Below, in pieces: positions 62,681-64,000 of a DNA stretch of 64,000 nucleotides; the stretch's first letter is position 1, and the number at the start of each line of letters is the position of its first letter. Source of the stretch: Octopus vulgaris (taxonomy: Eukaryota); assembly GCA_951406725.2 (NCBI GenBank), contig OX597834.1:44516001-44580000 (forward strand), in the 5' to 3' direction. The notes under the pieces are model-generated. The model searched no databases. It had not been told where the DNA came from and saw only the letters and a program-made list of their open reading frames with translations. Made by a program: the position numbers and the translations under genes.

Positions 62681-63786
62681 CATGTATACATATATACATA
62701 TATATATACATACATACATGCATACATACATACATGAACACCATGTATATATATAAATGTGTGTTTTTTGTGTCTGTGTATGTCCAAGAAAAATAAGTAC
62801 TGGGTCGATTCTTTCTACTGAAGCAAAATAAATGTATATATTTATACATGTGTATGTCTGTTTATGCTTGCGTGTGCGTGTGTGTGTGTTTATGTATGTG
62901 TGTGTGCCCATGTACACTTCTTCACACCTGGAGATATAATTTCTCAGACTCCAAGCTAAAGGAAGACAATAAATTGTATATAGACCTGACAGCTAAATAA
63001 ATATTACATAAGCCTGATCCGAATGGAAAGCAATTTAAAATCTTATGTTTTTAAACGGACTAAAAAAACAACACACGCACATATGTATATGTCTAAGTAT
63101 AGTCAAACACACACACACACATATGTATATGTCTATGTATAGTCAAACACACACACATATATAGACATGCACACACTCCTAACTGTAATAGAAGTACTTA
63201 AAATAGCTTTTTAATCAAGCGAACTCTTACATCATTAGATAATAAGAACGGGAATAAAAATATTTATAAAAATAGTGAAAGCGAATAACGAGAATAAGGA
63301 GAGAATCTGAAGTCTGTGACGGATAAGTATTGCATAAAAACACATTGAAAGGAAATAATAGACCGAAAGGAAAACACACTTTACAATTGTAAGTGTTCGT
63401 GGTGTCGTCTAAATTTAACACCTGCAATCTGCAAATGGAAATGAACACACAAACACATTCACATGTATATATATATATATGTATGCAGGTATCTGCACAT
63501 GCGTGTGTGTATATACATGTGTGAGTGTATATTCGTGTGTGTGTGTGTGCATTTATGAAGTGTTTGGCGACTGCTATGTAAGACATTTGCCCCGCATGTT
63601 TTTCATTTTCGAATATATCTGGGAACCAGCTGTTTATTGCGACGATCCGTTTCGCAGCTGAATAAATTAGAACGCGCTGCGAATTGATTCCCATCTCCCG
63701 AGTAAGGACATACAAAATTAAACGCACACATGCACACACACACACACACACACAACACAAACACACACACACACGCACACACAAAC

Positions 63787-63821
<35 letters not shown>

Positions 63822-63931
63822 CACACATGCACACGCAATTACACACGCGTCCATACAAGCATCATTCAGATACACAGGTGTGATCAGGTATAAACACACA
63901 CACACACAGAAACACACACACACACAGACAA

Positions 63932-63987
63932 GTGTGCACCTGTGCGTGTGTGCACCTGTGCGTGTGTGCACCTGTGCGTGTGTGCAC
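63932..63987. repeat. 16-bp minisatellite (GTGTGCACCTGTGCGT) x3.5
   Basis: Directly visible. Confidence 0.9.
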
Positions 63988-64000
63988 AACTCTTACTCTT

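Overview
AT-rich, microsatellite-saturated eukaryotic DNA with no supportable host protein-coding exon and no tRNA, rRNA or CRISPR array. It looks intergenic or intronic. From memory, the repeat content resembles an octopod cephalopod (Octopus-like) genome; this is an inference that needs a database search. The window is a mosaic of several tRNA-headed SINE families (labelled A-F here), decayed LINE pieces (RTE, L1/Tx1-like) and decayed DNA transposons (FLYWCH-MULE, mariner, Tc1, and hAT and piggyBac-like MITEs). Nearly all ORFs in the supplied track are translations of simple repeats. The most interesting signal is at RNA level: at least seven minimal type-I hammerhead-ribozyme motifs with palindromic helix III, of the kind known from Penelope-like elements. 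Most sit in short repeats abutting (TA)n tracts. One has an intact core inside a ~138-nt hairpin, and a three-copy family shares a non-canonical core. Also visible: a SINE/RTE-LINE shared 3' tail, a SINE duplicated with 230 bp of its 5' flank, a 231-bp near-perfect palindrome, several fold-back structures and a dense X-box/CCAAT/E-box motif cluster. All alignments were done by eye and repeat boundaries are approximate.
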